A DNA stretch of 64,000 nt from Wickerhamiella versatilis (lineage: Eukaryota). Shown one piece after another: positions 42,894-54,393 of this stretch; position 1 is the stretch's first letter, and each line of letters opens with the position of its first letter. Below the pieces are notes generated by a model. The model ran no database searches and was not told the origin of the DNA. It saw only the letters and a program-made list of their open reading frames with translations. The position numbers were made by a program, and so were the translations under genes. The stretch is taken from the NCBI GenBank assembly GCA_030867685.1, contig JAQOWU010000001.1:620001-684000 (forward strand). The letters are read 5' to 3'.

Positions 42894-43412
42894 ATGCTTT
42901 TCCTTAGGCCTGGGCTTCGTGCCTCCTATGCCACATCTGCGGGCAAAGTTGTGAAAGATCAGATGAGCTGGGAGAAGTTCTTTAAGTTGAGGCAGCAGCG
43001 GCGCCGTCTAGGACAGTTGTGCTCCGTTGGCACGACAGCGGCAGCTACAGCGGCAGCTTACAACTACTTCGCAAACCTCGAAATTGACATGGAAAAAAGA
43101 ATCTTCGGGCTCGAAATGATTTACGTTTACGGCATAGGCATTGTGGCTGCTGGTTTCGGCGGATGGCTTGCGGGTCCCTCTGTTGGGAATGCGTTGTTCC
43201 GCGTTTATTTAGGCCGTAATACAGCAGATTGGCTCGTAAAAGACCGCATATTCTTGAAACATGTATTCCGCAACCGCCCGGATCCTCGCAGAACTTCTCA
43301 AACCAACCCGGTTACGGACTTTTACGGTGAAAAGATAGGGTCTAAGCATGATTACCGTCGCTGGCTTCGTGAATCGCGACTTTATAAGCGCAAGGCCGAA
43401 CAGTTCCTGTAA
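42894..43412 (+). CDS. PAM17: Presequence translocase-associated motor subunit Pam17
   Basis: W..FF.LR..RR, GWLAGP..G, NRPDP...S..NPV.DFYGEKIGS..DYRRWLR. Confidence 0.93.
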   Translation: MLFLRPGLRASYATSAGKVVKDQMSWEKFFKLRQQRRRLGQLCSVGTTAAATAAAYNYFANLEIDMEKRIFGLEMIYVYGIGIVAAGFGGWLAGPSVGNALFRVYLGRNTADWLVKDRIFLKHVFRNRPDPRRTSQTNPVTDFYGEKIGSKHDYRRWLRESRLYKRKAEQFL

Positions 43413-43626
43413 CAAAGTATCTGTTTGATATGTTTAGCCACTTGATTCACCCTGTATATAGGTAGTGGGCTCCAATATTCGTAGCTCTTCATAGAGGGAG
43501 AAGGTGCCCCTAGGGATTCTATGTCAGTGATAGGCTCATTGAGATAATATACGCCAATATAAAAGGATAGTTGGGGACTTAAATGAGAATTTATCTTTGT
43601 AAATAAATATCTAAAGAGACTCGATT

Positions 43627-44775
43627 TCAGGTCGTGATGAACATTTCGCACAACTGCCTACCAGTCTCTGTGTCTACTTCCGTGCCATCCCTAGCAACCT
43701 TCACGGGCTTGTTTAGGTTGCAAGAATTTTTGAGATTTTTTGTACGGAGGAATGATACCACTGAGGATGGGGGTGAGAGCCAGTGTATGCGGCATGGTGT
43801 TGTCCACTTATCTGTCTCCTCATCCGCTTCTGGACAACCGACACACTTCCAGAATAAACACGCACGCACTCTATCTTCTACAATAGTACCTGCAGGACAT
43901 ACCACGCCATCCAAGGGGTTTTCTGACAGCTCAGTGGGCGTGATACTAATATCTTCCTTGGGGGGTCCCTGATAAGGCGGGAAGTCCTGATCTTCCTCGG
44001 AAAATAGGGACTCCATGCGGGCGTAGCCATAAAATGCTGATGTACGATTGGCACTGAAGATAAGATAAGTATTTCTGCTCGTAAGAAAGGCTTGATTGAG
44101 CTTTTCGCGGTTTCTCACTTTTGTGGACCACTCACATGTGATTTGGGCGGATTGGAGATCAGCCAACGTCAAAGACTTACAAATGAAATAGCGATTCTCA
44201 ACGAATCTTAGCGGCTCTGTGGTTGTCTGTGGAGATAAAGCTGGCACAATTTCAGGTTTTTGTGCCTTAATGACAAGATGATTGTCCTTGATTCTACACC
44301 CTCGTGCCTCGACAGTGGTAATAGCCTGCTCCATGTCAGATTCACTGGCGTAGTTCACGAATGCACATCCAGTGCGGTGGATCAAATAAATACTCTGAAG
44401 GCCTGGTGTTCCAAATAACCAGCACAAATCTCGCAGAGTTGCCCGGCCGGGTAAGTTACCAACCCACAGACTATAACCGCTTTTGGCTGGTTGAGCTGCC
44501 GGATTGGGCCAGCGATTCTTTGTCGGCATCTCGGGTGGGGTGATCGGTCTTTCGATTGGCCTCCATGGGGACAACAAAAGGCCTGGCAGTGCCCTCTCCA
44601 ATGTCAATGGCATTGCAGGTTTCTGTGGTGGCCATACTGCCCATCTTTCACTAAGTGTCATTACTTTTCTTGCGATCGAGCTCTGCAGGTTGTAGGTACT
44701 TGGGGTACTAATATAGGCAGGCAGGATAGGCGATGCGGTTCTGACGCATATGTCTGCATGTCGATACTGACACAT
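43627..44775 (-). CDS. RRM + YTH domain RNA-binding protein
   Basis: SLWVGNLP and CAFVNY (RRM); RYFICKSLT, WST...N..KLNQAF, YLIFSAN...FYGYARM, PVKVARDGTEV (YTH). Confidence 0.85.
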   Translation of the reverse strand: MCQYRHADICVRTASPILPAYISTPSTYNLQSSIARKVMTLSERWAVWPPQKPAMPLTLERALPGLLLSPWRPIERPITPPEMPTKNRWPNPAAQPAKSGYSLWVGNLPGRATLRDLCWLFGTPGLQSIYLIHRTGCAFVNYASESDMEQAITTVEARGCRIKDNHLVIKAQKPEIVPALSPQTTTEPLRFVENRYFICKSLTLADLQSAQITCEWSTKVRNREKLNQAFLTSRNTYLIFSANRTSAFYGYARMESLFSEEDQDFPPYQGPPKEDISITPTELSENPLDGVVCPAGTIVEDRVRACLFWKCVGCPEADEETDKWTTPCRIHWLSPPSSVVSFLRTKNLKNSCNLNKPVKVARDGTEVDTETGRQLCEMFITT

Positions 44776-45590
44776 ATGGCTATACTTCGATTATTGCAGG
44801 GTATCATTGGCAAACAAAATCAATTTCCACATTTTTAAGGGATATAAGGTCATTGAATAATGATTGGACCCTTTCTAATGGCTATATAGTGCCCTTATGC
44901 ACTAATGTGCTGAACCACCTTGGTTTAGGGTCAAACTAAAGGTTCACTATGACAGCACCCTGGTGGCTGCCAATGATCCCTACCACAAAGGAAAACACTC
45001 TAAGAAGAGCTATTTAGTATGCGGAGCTCAAATCGACGTTATTAGAGTGCTATAAAACAAAAAGCACCCCTTGGGTTATGGGTACTCTACAATGATGAGT
45101 ACCCTAGCGGTAACAAAATACGGGCCTAAACTTACCAAACGAAATTGCATAATATCACGGCACTGCCCATGCCCATGTAAATTGCCAGAAATATTGGCAG
45201 CTACAGTGTGGAACTACTCTTGGCATATTCTTTGGCTCTGACATTTCCGAAGAATACAAAAGCTCGGAATCTTTTCAAATCTTGTCACTTGAAAATCTGG
45301 ATATATTTGATTTCAATTGCAAGCAGGAAGAGAATGAATGGGCGATAGAGAAAGCAAAATGCTAGTACTTTTCTAGTGATTTATGCATTGTTGTGATGTA
45401 GTGTTGCAGCTTTTCTTTAGCTTTTTTTTAACAAACAGAGGGCATTTGTGTTCAAGCTTAAAATGCACCAAAAAAAGCGGAACAATCATATTCTTTGCCT
45501 AAATTATATCTCTAGATCCTCTTTTCGACAGGATGATTTAGTCCCGACATTCTACCAAAAAATATCTGACTCAGCTCCGTCGAGGCAGAG

Positions 45591-46550
45591 ATGCCAGAAT
45601 TCGCCTTTTCAGCTGAAGGCACACACCAGCCGGTGCTTGTGGGGTATAAGCCATCAATATGGGACGTAGTCTTTGCTGGGGGAATAGGTGGCTCCACTGG
45701 AGACTCTGCGATGTATCCTTTGGATATGATAAAAACCCGGCAGCAGGGTGCACCTCCGGGTAATGTCAAGTATTCGTCTATGTTGCGGGCAGCAAAAACA
45801 ATTTTATCTGAGGAGGGTATAAGGTATGGTGTCTTTAGAGGTTATTCTGCCATGATACTTGGTAGTCTCCCCTCTACGATGCTTTTCTTTGGAACTTACG
45901 AGACGCTTAAGCGACAGCTTTTTGCAAAAACTCCATTTGACGAAACTTTCGTTCACCTTGCGTCGGGATTTCTGGGTGACTTTGCGTCCTCGATTATCTA
46001 TGTGCCAAGTGAAGTTCTGAAAGCCCGATTCCAACTCCAGGGACCTTACAACAACGTGCATTTTAACAGTGGATATAATTATCGGGGATTGATAGATGCG
46101 ACACGAACAATAGTTCGTGAAGAGGGATGGGAGGCTTTATTTTATGGTTATAGAGCGACCCTAATAAGAGATCTACCCTTTTCTGCACTTCAGTTTGCAT
46201 TCTACGAAAGGTTCCACAAAATGGCAAGGGAATGGCGAGGATCTAGGGATATTGGCATCGACTTAGAGATTGGTACAGGTGCGGCGGCTGGGGGTCTCGC
46301 TGGAGTGATCACGACACCCCTGGACGTGATCAAGACGCGTATTCAGACTCAGACAGACGGACAAATCAGAAGTACCCTTAGCGGCTTGCGGTTCGTTGCA
46401 CGTACAGAGGGCATGGCAGGACTCTTTCAAGGGGTAGGTCCTCGATTGGTCTGGACAAGTGTGCAGACGAGCCTCATGTTTGTACTTTATCAGGCAGCTC
46501 TAAGGTTTCTTGAGGGCGAGCGGGCTCGCTTTGTACATAATAATGATTGA
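45591..46550 (+). CDS. MME1: Mitochondrial carrier, Mme1 (YMR166C)-like
   Basis: GDSAM.PLD.IKTRQQG, YVPSEVLKAR.QLQG..NN..F.SGYNY, RDLPFSALQFAFYE. Confidence 0.85.
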   Translation: MPEFAFSAEGTHQPVLVGYKPSIWDVVFAGGIGGSTGDSAMYPLDMIKTRQQGAPPGNVKYSSMLRAAKTILSEEGIRYGVFRGYSAMILGSLPSTMLFFGTYETLKRQLFAKTPFDETFVHLASGFLGDFASSIIYVPSEVLKARFQLQGPYNNVHFNSGYNYRGLIDATRTIVREEGWEALFYGYRATLIRDLPFSALQFAFYERFHKMAREWRGSRDIGIDLEIGTGAAAGGLAGVITTPLDVIKTRIQTQTDGQIRSTLSGLRFVARTEGMAGLFQGVGPRLVWTSVQTSLMFVLYQAALRFLEGERARFVHNND

Positions 46551-46596
46551 TATTGCTTAAAGTAGAAACAAAGCATCTAGTAATGAAAAGTGTTGC

Positions 46597-47157
46597 TTAA
46601 TCGTCTTCCTCCTCTGCTCCCTTCTTCTTCTTCTTCCAAAATGCTCCCTTCTTCTTCTTTTTCGTACCAGAACCTGGTGGCGGAGGTGGGGGGAAGTAGA
46701 TTTCCTTCTTGCGATCCTCCTCTATAGCGACATTAGGATCACCGAAACTGATGATACCCTGGTCGTTCGCGTATGGATTTGATTCGTAGTGTGGCATTGA
46801 CGAGAAATTATCCCGAGGCCTGAAACCGAGGTTACCAGTCTCATACGTATCCTTCAGGCGCTCGTCACCTGTGGTCTGAAATTCAAATGATCGGATTGTA
46901 TCAAGCGGTCGCTCCTCCCGCTGACGCGCTGGATTAGACAAATCTGCATTATCGACAATATTGCCATATATATCACGCAGCCGTCCAGAGGGGGTCATGG
47001 AAGCTCCATGGTGATCATTGGCCTGTTGAAACGGTTGTTCCTCCTGCACCGCTTTTAAAATAGGATCGTGCATTTCACTTGATGAGGGTAGCTTCTCATG
47101 GCCATATCCCTCATTGCTGTCCTTTTGACTGCTCTTCTTCTTGCCAAACAGACCCAT
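46597..47157 (-). CDS. DUF2406 family protein (YMR295C-like)
   Basis: DPILKAVQEEQPF, DLSNPARQREERPLDTIRSFE. Confidence 0.8.
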   Translation of the reverse strand: MGLFGKKKSSQKDSNEGYGHEKLPSSSEMHDPILKAVQEEQPFQQANDHHGASMTPSGRLRDIYGNIVDNADLSNPARQREERPLDTIRSFEFQTTGDERLKDTYETGNLGFRPRDNFSSMPHYESNPYANDQGIISFGDPNVAIEEDRKKEIYFPPPPPPGSGTKKKKKGAFWKKKKKGAEEEDD

Positions 47158-47496
47158 ATTTGAGCCAAAGAGGCCGATGTAGAAAGAGTAAGAGGCTTGG
47201 TGTTACAACGGGGCTAGGTACCTGTCGCGTCCCAATGATTATATAATCCAGACATTCCCTGGCATGGGCATGAGATACCGTACTGTTTATAGAAACAAAT
47301 AGTGCTTAATCGTACTTAATTCGTTGTATAAGAGAGATCATTTTAGTGAGTAGCTCGCTAATATTCTATACAAATCTTATGCGACTTCTTGTTTGCTTGT
47401 TACTCTTACACCTAGACGTGGACCGTGACTGCCCGTATACTTGACTTTTAGTCCCACTCAAAATAATTTGTCAGCGTATTGAAATCTCGAGCGACG

Positions 47497-50400
47497 ATGG
47501 AGCCTGCACTCCGGCAGGTCCGGGGGTGGAAAACTTCAAAGATTTCTATTCAAACACAGCAGTATGCCTTACTTGATGCTGTAGAGTCGGCTTTGGTCGA
47601 GGATTCGCAACCGTTGGAACCTGCTGCTTATCTGGCGGGGTTGTTGCAGGTGCTGCACAATCGCAGTGTGGCGGCACCTGCAACATTGCTGTTGTCCACT
47701 GTGGTTCCTCATGTATCCCCCGCATTGCTTGGTGCTAAACTTGATGTTCTGATTGGTAGAATGGCCCCTGTCTTGGTTGACGGCGAGGCAGATACCTCAG
47801 TGATCCGGGCGAGCATCCAGGTGCTTCAGCATGTTCTCTGTATTGTTGAACCCGCAGCATGGGGTATTCCGGTTTCGGAACTAGGACCTCTCCGTGTAGT
47901 TCGTGGTATCCTTGCTATGGTCCACGACAGTAGGCCCAAAGTTAGGAGACGGGCTTTAGAGGCCATTTCCGCGATCTTGGAAAGTACTGATCGGAAGGAA
48001 CCAGCTCTATTGGCTGCAGATACGGCTATTGATATGCTAGAAAGTGCTAGCGAGCGGCCGCAGCTAATGCATGCCCTCCAACTATGCCAGGTGGTAGCGC
48101 CATCGTGGCCTTCCCTGCGTGTGCCATCTCTTTGCGAAGGTCTGTTGGACGTATGCAGATCCTCGGAACAATTTGTTGTTACCCTGGCATTTTCAGTGCT
48201 CCAGACTGTGGTGCAGTCGGGCTGCGACCCCGCTTTGTTGGCAGGCGCTCTAACAAAACTAGCGCCGAACCCGCAAGACAAACAGCTTGCACCAGCGTGG
48301 CTTGCTGCTTTGGCACAAATCTGGACCATTTGGGATAAGGCTTGGGAAAACCTCCCTGGTCTCATTCAGGAACTCAGTGCCTACCTTGCGGGTCCACCTG
48401 ATGTCGCAGAGTCGGCATCTCAAGTTCTCGTTGCCATATTTTCGGAGTCACCCCCAACCACCAATATCAAGGAGGTGGGTACACTGCTTTTTGGGCTGCT
48501 CCACATCAAGTATCGTGAGGCGTGGGGTCCTGTCTGTTCTGCCTGCGCAGCCTATTTCGATGCCTGCGGTCCCAAGGCTTGCGCTGATGATATTGTGAAA
48601 GTTATGGGAGTATTGAGAGATGATGCGCCGAGTGCACCGGCAGATGCCGTCATGGCTGCCGCTATACGTAATTTAGGACCGTCAAAGGTATTAGACCTTG
48701 TTCCCCTTGATCTCGATCCTACTACAGGCGGAGGACGTGCTTGGCTACTTCCACTACTTCGTGAGAATGTGCAGCATGCATATCTCAAGCAATTTTCGTC
48801 GCAGCTATTACCTCTTTCCGAGTCTTTTGCTAACCGTGCTCAGAAAATGAAGAATCCCCGACACGCAAAGGTGCTTATGACGGTATCTGACCAGCTTTTT
48901 AGCCTTTGGCCGCGATACTGTGATCTACCGGCGGATCTTCCAGAGGCGCTTACCAGGGATCTTGTTGAGACCGTATTAGCCAAGATGTACACAAAGCCCG
49001 AGGTAAGACCGGTGATCTCTCAAGGGTTCCGCCTGCTAGTCGAATCTAATGTTGCATACTCTGAAGGAGATATCGAGATTCCGGACTTCCCCCCTCGTAA
49101 AGCATCCGAGTCTGTGAAGTTTTTGGCGAAGAATTTTGGAGTGAGCATCCTTCGTGCGTTACTGAATGTGTTCACACAGGCGCCGGTAGACAGTCGTGGC
49201 TATCTTCTTGATTCAATTAATGTTTACTTGGCAATCATTGATTCAAGTGCCGTCGTTGAGCTATTCGATCAGGTATCTAAAACATTGGCAGACCACATGA
49301 CAGACGAGCTTGGGCCAACCATGCTTGATATAATAGTGGCGATTGTTCCTTACTTACCATCGGAGAGCCATCCTGTTTTTCTCAACATCTTCAAAGCAGT
49401 GGTGCCTCACAAAGAGCCTTTACTGCAGAAGAAAGCCTATCGTGCTTTCACACGGCTGGCCACGACAGAGGAGGGGCGTAACACCATAGTCGGAAACATT
49501 TCGGACATACAGGAGTTTCTTTTAGAGCAACAAAATACAGTGGTACCTGCTGCAAAGAGGACACGGATACAGACATTGGCCTACGTAATTGAACTTTCAG
49601 ATCTTTGGTTTGTATTCAATGTTCTTCCAGAAGTTATTCTCGCTACTAGAGATGTTAATGAGAGGACACGGGAAGCCGCTTTCAACCTACTAATATCTAT
49701 GGGTCGTCGATTCTCTGAGGATGGTGCAGTTATAGACCATTCCAAGATCGAAGAGCTCGATGATGATGATGTCGTCCCCGCATCTTTAGAGACGTTCTTT
49801 GAAATGGCCATGGCTGGCCTCGCATCGACAAATCAACATATGGTCGCTGCCACGATTACGGCTCTTAGCAGTATTTTACACGAATTTGGTCCAGAGCTTT
49901 CGAGCGCAGTTGTTGGTGAATACGTTGAGACAGTTTGGCTTTTCCTTGAGTCCCAGTCGCGAGAGATTGTTGGTGCGGTCTTGGGATTTGTGAAAGTAAG
50001 TGTCTTGTTGTTGCCAACATCGGAACTTGAGAAACGCCTTCCTGATCTCCTGAGTCGTCTTCTTGAGTGGTCAGCGGAGCACAAGCAGCATTTCAAATCT
50101 CGGGTACGGCACATCGTAGAACGACTACTTCGCAAATGTGGCTACGAAGTCCTGGCTGCTGCGTTTCCCCCAGAGCATCAGAAACTTCTTCAAAATATTC
50201 ATAAGAGCAAGGAACGAGCCCGTCGCAAGGGCAAGACCCCTGGCGAGACAGATGATTCAAATGGACCTCGTGAACGGAAGTTCGACAATGAATTTGATGA
50301 GGCGCTGTATGGTTCCGAGTCAGAGTCAGAGTCTGAATCCGAACCTGAGCAGACAAAGAAGAAGGCTTCGAAATCCCGGGATCAGGTTATTGTTGGGTCC

Positions 50401-50730
50401 GAGGAACCTCTTGATCTGCTTGATGAGCGTGCATTGACGCATATTACTTCGCAACAGTCTCATAATCATAGAAAGGCATTGAAGGGTAATATGAAGGAGA
50501 GGGACGGTAAGCTGGTGCTGAAGGATGACGCGGAGGACGAAGCACCTAAGGATGCCTTGTCTGCTTATGCGGAAGCCGTTCGCCAAAAGCCTTTGCGCAC
50601 TCAGCAAGGTAAGCTGAAGTTTAAGCGGGGTAAACGTGCCCAGCCGGAGTCGGACGATGAGCAGCCAATGACAAAAGCTCCTCCAGCACGTAAAAAGGCT
50701 AAGTTGCCAAAGAGGAGAGCATTGCGCTGA
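47497..50730 (+). CDS. RRP12: HEAT-repeat ribosome export factor Rrp12
   Basis: DSRPKVRRRA, GRAWLLPLLR, HFKSRVRHIVERLLRK.G, EEPLDLLD. Confidence 0.93.
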   Translation: MEPALRQVRGWKTSKISIQTQQYALLDAVESALVEDSQPLEPAAYLAGLLQVLHNRSVAAPATLLLSTVVPHVSPALLGAKLDVLIGRMAPVLVDGEADTSVIRASIQVLQHVLCIVEPAAWGIPVSELGPLRVVRGILAMVHDSRPKVRRRALEAISAILESTDRKEPALLAADTAIDMLESASERPQLMHALQLCQVVAPSWPSLRVPSLCEGLLDVCRSSEQFVVTLAFSVLQTVVQSGCDPALLAGALTKLAPNPQDKQLAPAWLAALAQIWTIWDKAWENLPGLIQELSAYLAGPPDVAESASQVLVAIFSESPPTTNIKEVGTLLFGLLHIKYREAWGPVCSACAAYFDACGPKACADDIVKVMGVLRDDAPSAPADAVMAAAIRNLGPSKVLDLVPLDLDPTTGGGRAWLLPLLRENVQHAYLKQFSSQLLPLSESFANRAQKMKNPRHAKVLMTVSDQLFSLWPRYCDLPADLPEALTRDLVETVLAKMYTKPEVRPVISQGFRLLVESNVAYSEGDIEIPDFPPRKASESVKFLAKNFGVSILRALLNVFTQAPVDSRGYLLDSINVYLAIIDSSAVVELFDQVSKTLADHMTDELGPTMLDIIVAIVPYLPSESHPVFLNIFKAVVPHKEPLLQKKAYRAFTRLATTEEGRNTIVGNISDIQEFLLEQQNTVVPAAKRTRIQTLAYVIELSDLWFVFNVLPEVILATRDVNERTREAAFNLLISMGRRFSEDGAVIDHSKIEELDDDDVVPASLETFFEMAMAGLASTNQHMVAATITALSSILHEFGPELSSAVVGEYVETVWLFLESQSREIVGAVLGFVKVSVLLLPTSELEKRLPDLLSRLLEWSAEHKQHFKSRVRHIVERLLRKCGYEVLAAAFPPEHQKLLQNIHKSKERARRKGKTPGETDDSNGPRERKFDNEFDEALYGSESESESESEPEQTKKKASKSRDQVIVGSEEPLDLLDERALTHITSQQSHNHRKALKGNMKERDGKLVLKDDAEDEAPKDALSAYAEAVRQKPLRTQQGKLKFKRGKRAQPESDDEQPMTKAPPARKKAKLPKRRALR

Positions 50731-50974
50731 TATATGTACATTCTTACTCTTCATATAATGATTTTTTGCATTTAAAATGCTTGAAATAGGTAAAATCGAC
50801 TCTATGACCATAAATAGTTATCTAAAGTGTGAAGCAACTCTAAAGCCGTTTATCAGCAAACTGATTGCATCAATATATTTGCAGAAACCTGACATCTCCT
50901 ACGATGATTTTTATTTCTTGTCGACGCCACCTTCATGAATTTATTTAGGCCCATCAGTGAATAATCATTACATA

Positions 50975-53900
50975 ATGCCCTGGCCAGATGTTCAGAGGCG
51001 GGTATTTGCATATATTCTGGACCGGTTGAATCTATTTTCGGATTTTGACCCAGAAAAGCTTGAAGTGTCAATCTGGGCTACCTCTGCGCTGCGATTGCAG
51101 GATGTGGCGTTGGACCCTGTGCGTCTGAGCAATCGTGGGGTCAATGTTAGGAGTGCCATTTTGCGCGAGATACGTGTACAGCTTTCAACCAATGGCGTAC
51201 AAGTAGATGCGAGTGGATTAGAAGTCGACGCGGAACTTTGTGAACCACAGCCGGACCTAGGCCTGTCAATGCTTTTAGATCCTTTAGACCCCGACTTGTC
51301 CATTTCAGATGATCAGGTGGGATACGGGATGGGCGACACATCAGGGATTGTCACAAAGATAGCTGATATGGCCCTTGCTCAATTGACCTGTAACATTAAT
51401 AAAATCACCATAAATTTGACAATTCGTGCACAAGAGGTTTTAGTTCAAGCGGAGGCTGCATCCCTTACGTCGAATAAAGTTCTCCATATTGAGGCATTAT
51501 CTGTAGCGCCCAACGAGGTCTATGCATCTACAAATCTGGCTGAATCTACATATTTTGACACCCAGGAGCAAGCCACACCGGAGTTTTTGCGCATCGACAA
51601 CCTAGTCGCGGAAGTTAAAGATAAGTACATCAGTTTGGCCGTTGACAATGTATGTATAGAGGCCATTCCATATCTCGAGTTATTCCTTGGGCTGATTGAC
51701 AGTTTCTTCCTTCAACAAGACAACCAAACTTCTGATAATACTGAGAGTTCAGAGGAGACTATATTTATTGGGAAAGCGAAAGTTGACAAAGTAACGTTTT
51801 TAGATGGAGGTCATCAATTCAGTCTTTGCCAGATTTGTTACGAAAACGGACATTTGGTCATTGATGAATTACATGTTCCTGGAATTGCTCACTGCCAACC
51901 GTTTTTAATTGTTAAACCTGGCCTAATGATAGAGATTCCACTGCCGATTGCTGCACAAGTAGAGTCCATGGATTATGCGCGCTCGTTGATCGAGCGGCTT
52001 AAATTGGTTCTGAATGGCCTGAAACCTCCACCGGCTGCTGAACCTACACCATTTTCCGTGAAACTCCCTGATTTGCGAGTAGCATTTGGGGACTTTATTA
52101 TTGTTATTGCTCCACAAAATATAACACACGAGAAGCTAGCAATAAGTCAACTCTCTATCGTTTTTCCTAACGGGAGAGCAGTGGTCGATGGAATTGAGTG
52201 GGTTTGGACTGATGTGCTACATTTGAATGATTTAAATGTAATGCTGACCTCAGATTACAGTGTCGAGAGCTCGAACCATTCCGATACCGGCCCACCCACT
52301 TTTGATGAGCTACCAGTGGTAAGACAAAATATCGTCGTCGACCATTTTTCGGTTGAAAATGCAACGTTCCAATGTGTAGGCTCCTTGGCAACTAATAATG
52401 GAAAATTGAAGGCGGAATTAGAGGGAAAGTTTAATAAATCATGGTTGCGATGCTCTATAAATGCTACTATGGGTCCATGGGAAATTAATATTTCTGAAAC
52501 TGATGGAGTTATCCAGCTTGAAGATCTCGCGCTCCAAGTAGGCTCGAATTCGGGTGAGCATTCTTCAACTGGGGTGGGGGGTTTGAAATCACGATTGAAG
52601 GCTTCGATAAATGGCAGCATCATATTGAAACATGAGTTGGCAACTCTTCGCGTCCCTCTTGAGATTTCTGGACGTTACAGCAAGGGACGTTGGGCAATAC
52701 ACATACCAACAATTCGCGTTTATCTAGTTGATGACTCTGAAATAGAAATTGTCAAAGCTCGACAGCTCGTACTAACCACAAATGGTGGTAGAGTGTCTCG
52801 GATAAATGTGAGCGCATGTGCAGATTCCTGGGAGAGAATACATCGTTTGGTAGATTCACTGAGTCCTGATAGTCCTAAGAGACATTACAATGTCCAGCCC
52901 TCAGAGATTAATATAATGGAGGATATTGATAATCTCACATTTACCGATATTCCCGCTGAGGAAGATACACCGGTGTCCACAGTTCTGGGCCCTGAACTTG
53001 TTGTGGTTGAGGATTATATGGATAGATCACGCCACAATACCCACAAAACTGATGCTTGGACAATGGTTATAGACCACTTGAGTTGGCAACTTTTTGATGG
53101 TTTCGATCTGAAGAATACCCGCAATGACTTAGGAACAGCCATACGCCGTGTCGAGACTGATCCTGCAACGACTTCTCCTGCATCTCCTGATGAAGTTGTG
53201 GGCGATATCATGTACGAATCCATATTTGTCGGTGGCAGACCCCATGAAGATCTTCAGAAACGCGTTAGGGAGGAACTAGGCGGCAAAGGGTTTGGGAGGA
53301 GTATGCAGCCCAAGGTTAAGCTTACCGCGTGGGGGACAAGCATTGCAATACAAAGATCTGCTCTAAGGTTTCAGGTTGCAGCTTTGAAAGTTGCAGATCT
53401 CTTATCCTCGTCAAGCTTTCAGCACGTAATGGAGATTCAGGGCCCTGCATCGGCGTTGAAGATTGATGTGGAGAGTGTGGGTGAAAACCCTGAGTTACGT
53501 TTGGTATTCAAGTCTGAGCCTATCAGTGTATCACTTGACCAGGATATGCTGGAATTCTTAATGCGCTTTTTCCAATTCACGGCTCTGCCTCCCAAAAACG
53601 CGCCATTGGTGGAAGCCGAAAAGCCATATTTTCAAAGGGTTGAGATTATGGACGTATTACTGCGTATATCCTATAAACCAAAGAAAATCGACTATCGTGG
53701 ACTTCGGACAAGTTATGCCGAACTTCTTAATCTATTTTCCATCGATCGCGCAAGGGTCACTTTGAAACATTGTGTATTGTACGGAATACTGGGGGTTGAC
53801 CGCCTCTCAGATAAGCTTGGTGCAGTCTGGGGCCCCGAAATAACACATAACCAGCTATTAAGGGTGCTTACGAGGGTTGGACCCTTGAGAAGTGTTGCTC

Positions 53901-54010
53901 GATTGGGCTATTCAGTAAAAGATGGTGCTGGCGTGTCAACGGTCAAAAAGACAGCATCAGGTTTGTACAAAGTAGGATCACGACTCCGGCAGTCTCGACC
54001 ACGCCAGTAA
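50975..54010 (+). CDS. ATG2: Autophagy lipid-transfer protein Atg2 (short form)
   Basis: Chorein-N-like Q.RVF.YIL.RL, WQLFDGFD, DQDMLEFLMRFF, YKPKKIDY. Confidence 0.85.
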   Translation: MPWPDVQRRVFAYILDRLNLFSDFDPEKLEVSIWATSALRLQDVALDPVRLSNRGVNVRSAILREIRVQLSTNGVQVDASGLEVDAELCEPQPDLGLSMLLDPLDPDLSISDDQVGYGMGDTSGIVTKIADMALAQLTCNINKITINLTIRAQEVLVQAEAASLTSNKVLHIEALSVAPNEVYASTNLAESTYFDTQEQATPEFLRIDNLVAEVKDKYISLAVDNVCIEAIPYLELFLGLIDSFFLQQDNQTSDNTESSEETIFIGKAKVDKVTFLDGGHQFSLCQICYENGHLVIDELHVPGIAHCQPFLIVKPGLMIEIPLPIAAQVESMDYARSLIERLKLVLNGLKPPPAAEPTPFSVKLPDLRVAFGDFIIVIAPQNITHEKLAISQLSIVFPNGRAVVDGIEWVWTDVLHLNDLNVMLTSDYSVESSNHSDTGPPTFDELPVVRQNIVVDHFSVENATFQCVGSLATNNGKLKAELEGKFNKSWLRCSINATMGPWEINISETDGVIQLEDLALQVGSNSGEHSSTGVGGLKSRLKASINGSIILKHELATLRVPLEISGRYSKGRWAIHIPTIRVYLVDDSEIEIVKARQLVLTTNGGRVSRINVSACADSWERIHRLVDSLSPDSPKRHYNVQPSEINIMEDIDNLTFTDIPAEEDTPVSTVLGPELVVVEDYMDRSRHNTHKTDAWTMVIDHLSWQLFDGFDLKNTRNDLGTAIRRVETDPATTSPASPDEVVGDIMYESIFVGGRPHEDLQKRVREELGGKGFGRSMQPKVKLTAWGTSIAIQRSALRFQVAALKVADLLSSSSFQHVMEIQGPASALKIDVESVGENPELRLVFKSEPISVSLDQDMLEFLMRFFQFTALPPKNAPLVEAEKPYFQRVEIMDVLLRISYKPKKIDYRGLRTSYAELLNLFSIDRARVTLKHCVLYGILGVDRLSDKLGAVWGPEITHNQLLRVLTRVGPLRSVARLGYSVKDGAGVSTVKKTASGLYKVGSRLRQSRPRQ

Positions 54011-54393
54011 CCGACCGCATATACATTTATTTATTGCTAAGTATTGCGAAAAGCAGCAGCACATTACAAGCTGTAGATATTTATTGGATAAAGAAACACC
54101 TACAATTCAACGAATAAAAATTTAAGAGAGAGAATCTTAGAGTATAGGGAGCGAACGAATCGCAAGACAAAAGAACCATCGGGCACTACCTGAGTCTGGG
54201 TCAAGGGCTGTGCGGGACAAGAGAATCTACCGCTGAGACCAGCACTGTCAGGATGCTTGATAAAATTTGCTAAATTACTTGAGCTGGGCCTCTGTCTACC
54301 CCTGTTCATTTTTTTGATGTTCTCAGAATATGCACAGATAGTGGGACTTCCCACCTCTGAGGGTTAGGAGTTCCAAGTAGGTGTGTGGCTGTC

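Noticed and set aside
54100-54354. 84-aa minus-strand ORF between ATG2 and the propeller gene
   Set aside because: Non-ATG start in the track, no motif or paralog support; a shorter 69-aa product cannot be excluded.
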